DNA of 37,915 nucleotides from a virus (Duplodnaviria; Heunggongvirae; Uroviricota; Caudoviricetes): IMG/VR virus record IMGVR_UViG_2913123054_000005, positions 1 to 37,915 of that record; one strand, 5' to 3'. Shown piece by piece: positions 36,442 to 37,915 of this stretch (position 1 is its first letter; each line of letters starts with the position of its first letter). The notes under the pieces were generated by a model. It saw only the letters and a program-made list of their open reading frames with translations, ran no database searches and was not told where the DNA came from. The position numbers and the translations under genes were made by a program.

Positions 36442-36749
36442 GCAATTATCTGTACTGGTCTGGCTTAGTGGCTAACATTGCGCTCATGTTGTTCGTGGCT
36501 CTTTGCATCTGGGTTTGGTTTATCTGGCCTTTTGTAGAGGCCATGAGCATAACTCGGTGCTTTATTTGCGCATCAAAGACTTCTGGATGCAAACCAACTG
36601 TAAGAGCAATTATCAGAACTTTAAAATACTGGTATCTGGATTTGCTTTTCGGCAGGGGCTGGACGCGAATTAGTAACCGCCAGTTTGAATGGGAAGGCGT
36701 CGGTAACTGGCGAATTCACAGCAGCAAAGAAACGCAGGAGGTGAAGTAA
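36438..36749 (+). CDS. Small membrane protein (103 aa, GTG start)
   Basis: GTGA overlap with the upstream stop; N-terminal TM helix (LVANIALMLFVALCIWVWFIW), Trp/Arg-rich C-terminus. Confidence 0.45.
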   Translation: MSNYLYWSGLVANIALMLFVALCIWVWFIWPFVEAMSITRCFICASKTSGCKPTVRAIIRTLKYWYLDLLFGRGWTRISNRQFEWEGVGNWRIHSSKETQEVK

Positions 36750-37321
36750 TGAACAACTTAATGATCGACCTTGAGACGATGGGGAAAAATAAGGATGCAC
36801 CAATCGTTTCCATTGGCGCGGTGTTCTTCACCCCAGAAACCGGAGACATCGGACAAGAATTCTATACGGTTGTCAGCCTGGAAAGTGCTATGGAACAAGG
36901 GGCCACACCTGACGGCGATACCATCCTGTGGTGGTTGAAACAGAGCCCTGAAGCACGAGCTGCAATCTGTATTGATGATACTTTGTCGATCAGCGATGCA
37001 CTCTCTGAACTGAGCTATTTCATTAATCAGCATGCAGACAATACAAAATATTTAAAAGTCTGGGGTAACGGGGCCACCTTCGACAACGTAATTTTACGTG
37101 GAGCTTATGAGCGAGCAGGACAAATCTGCCCGTGGGCATACTGGAATGACCACGATGTACGCACGATCGTTACGCTTGGGCGTTCCATCGGATTCGACCC
37201 CAAAATGGACATGCCTTTCGATGGCGAACGGCACAACGCCCTGGCTGATGCCCGTCATCAGGCAAAATATGTCTCCGCTATCTGGCAGAAATTAATTCCT
37301 GCCACCAGCACAGAATTATGA
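36749..37321 (+). CDS. DEDDh-type 3'-5' exonuclease (DnaQ-like)
   Basis: 190 aa; Exo I (MIDLETMG) and Exo III (HNALADARH) motifs. Confidence 0.65.
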   Translation: MNNLMIDLETMGKNKDAPIVSIGAVFFTPETGDIGQEFYTVVSLESAMEQGATPDGDTILWWLKQSPEARAAICIDDTLSISDALSELSYFINQHADNTKYLKVWGNGATFDNVILRGAYERAGQICPWAYWNDHDVRTIVTLGRSIGFDPKMDMPFDGERHNALADARHQAKYVSAIWQKLIPATSTEL

Positions 37322-37357
37322 TCTTCCCGGGTGCAGCCGGTTTTGATGGAGAAAATT

Positions 37358-37618
37358 ATGAACACCTTGTTTTTACTGATGGCTGAATTCAATACCCCAA
37401 ACATTGAGCTGTCAGCTGTATGCCAAAAGTATTTCGGTATGAGCCCTAACACAGCAGAAGCGAAAGCAAATGCATGCCAGTTGCCGATCCCGACTTATCG
37501 TGTTGGTACATCACAGAAAGCAAAGCGCTGCATCAACATTCAGGATCTTGCTGAATATATAGATAAACGGCGTGAAGAAGGCAGGATTGAATGGGAAAAG
37601 GTAAGAGCATCAAAATAA
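37358..37618 (+). CDS. PrtN-like activator / excisionase-like small DNA-binding protein
   Basis: About 86 aa from ATG 37358 (GGAG SD); PrtN-family resemblance recalled from memory, not verified. Confidence 0.45.
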   Translation: MNTLFLLMAEFNTPNIELSAVCQKYFGMSPNTAEAKANACQLPIPTYRVGTSQKAKRCINIQDLAEYIDKRREEGRIEWEKVRASK

Positions 37619-37643
37619 CAAAGCTGCTGACAAAATATAAAAA

Positions 37644-37668
37644 CCCACCGATAAGGTGGGTTAATTTT
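37644..37668. terminator. Bidirectional intrinsic terminator
   Basis: cccacc gataa ggtggg hairpin with aaaaa upstream and ttaatttt downstream. Confidence 0.55.
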
Positions 37669-37915
37669 AACTGTAACGGAATTCTCGAGCGTAAGAAGCC
37701 AACGTTCTCATCCGATCATAGTTTTGGGCACTGAAATGAGCAACTGGATGAAACAAAGCTATGAGTGAATAGCTGTTCTCATCAAGCAGATTTTGAGCAT
37801 AAACGAGAGCGGTATCAGAAGTCCGATACCACTGAACCGTTTTAGGGTCTCGCAAGTCTGCACCTTCCGGTGGTGCATCAAATTGCTTGCCATCTAAACA
37901 TAGGTGAATATGCAT
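37667..37915 (-). CDS. Hypothetical protein, 3' portion only (gene probably continues beyond the window edge)
   Basis: Open to the last base of the window; no recognisable motif. Confidence 0.35.
   Translation of the reverse strand: MHIHLCLDGKQFDAPPEGADLRDPKTVQWYRTSDTALVYAQNLLDENSYSLIALFHPVAHFSAQNYDRMRTLASYAREFRYS

Noticed and set aside
1-37915. CRISPR arrays, tRNA, tmRNA or rRNA genes
   Set aside because: No regularly spaced identical repeats with unique spacers and no T-loop/acceptor-stem-like tRNA signature seen; GC-rich hairpins found are better explained as terminators or operators.
37600-37915. attR / right prophage boundary
   Set aside because: Looked for a 15-20 bp direct repeat of the dusA 5' sequence near the right-hand terminator; only an 8-9 nt match (aaaattaa) was seen, which is not convincing. 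The prophage may extend beyond the window.

Overview
This window is almost entirely one mosaic temperate prophage (about 1.04 kb to at least 37.6 kb) inserted next to the 5' end of dusA (tRNA-dihydrouridine synthase A, minus strand, 1..1038). All calls rest on reading the supplied six-frame translations and the raw sequence; no database search was run. Left to right: a divergent tyrosine integrase, an SOS-boxed dinI-like gene, then the late operon on the minus strand with a Mu-like contractile tail and baseplate, an HK97-like head (portal, protease, capsid) and terminase plus HNH endonuclease. Then come a lysis cassette (two holin-like proteins, GH19 endolysin, Rz with embedded Rz1), a Q-like antiterminator with a candidate late promoter and terminator, and a nin-like region (DUF968, KilA-N protein, RusA, LexA-DBD-only protein, orphan Dam methyltransferase, PerC-like regulator). 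A replication initiator carries internal iterons, followed by a cII-like/cro-like/cI immunity region and a plus-strand early operon (YfdP/YfdQ/YfdR-like genes, PAPS-reductase-like PP-loop enzyme, three small proteins, DEDDh exonuclease, PrtN-like protein). No rRNA, tRNA, CRISPR or transposase was seen. The best candidates for something undescribed are: a GC-rich, structured non-coding block at 32.84-33.2 kb; the tightly coupled YfdPQR/PP-loop/small-protein operon; a LexA DNA-binding-domain-only protein; a membrane-protein moron inserted antisense in the tail operon; and an 86-aa gene in the Q-to-holin cargo slot. Separately, the tail chaperone carries a sequence-verified -1 frameshift site. 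None of these can be assigned a function from sequence alone.
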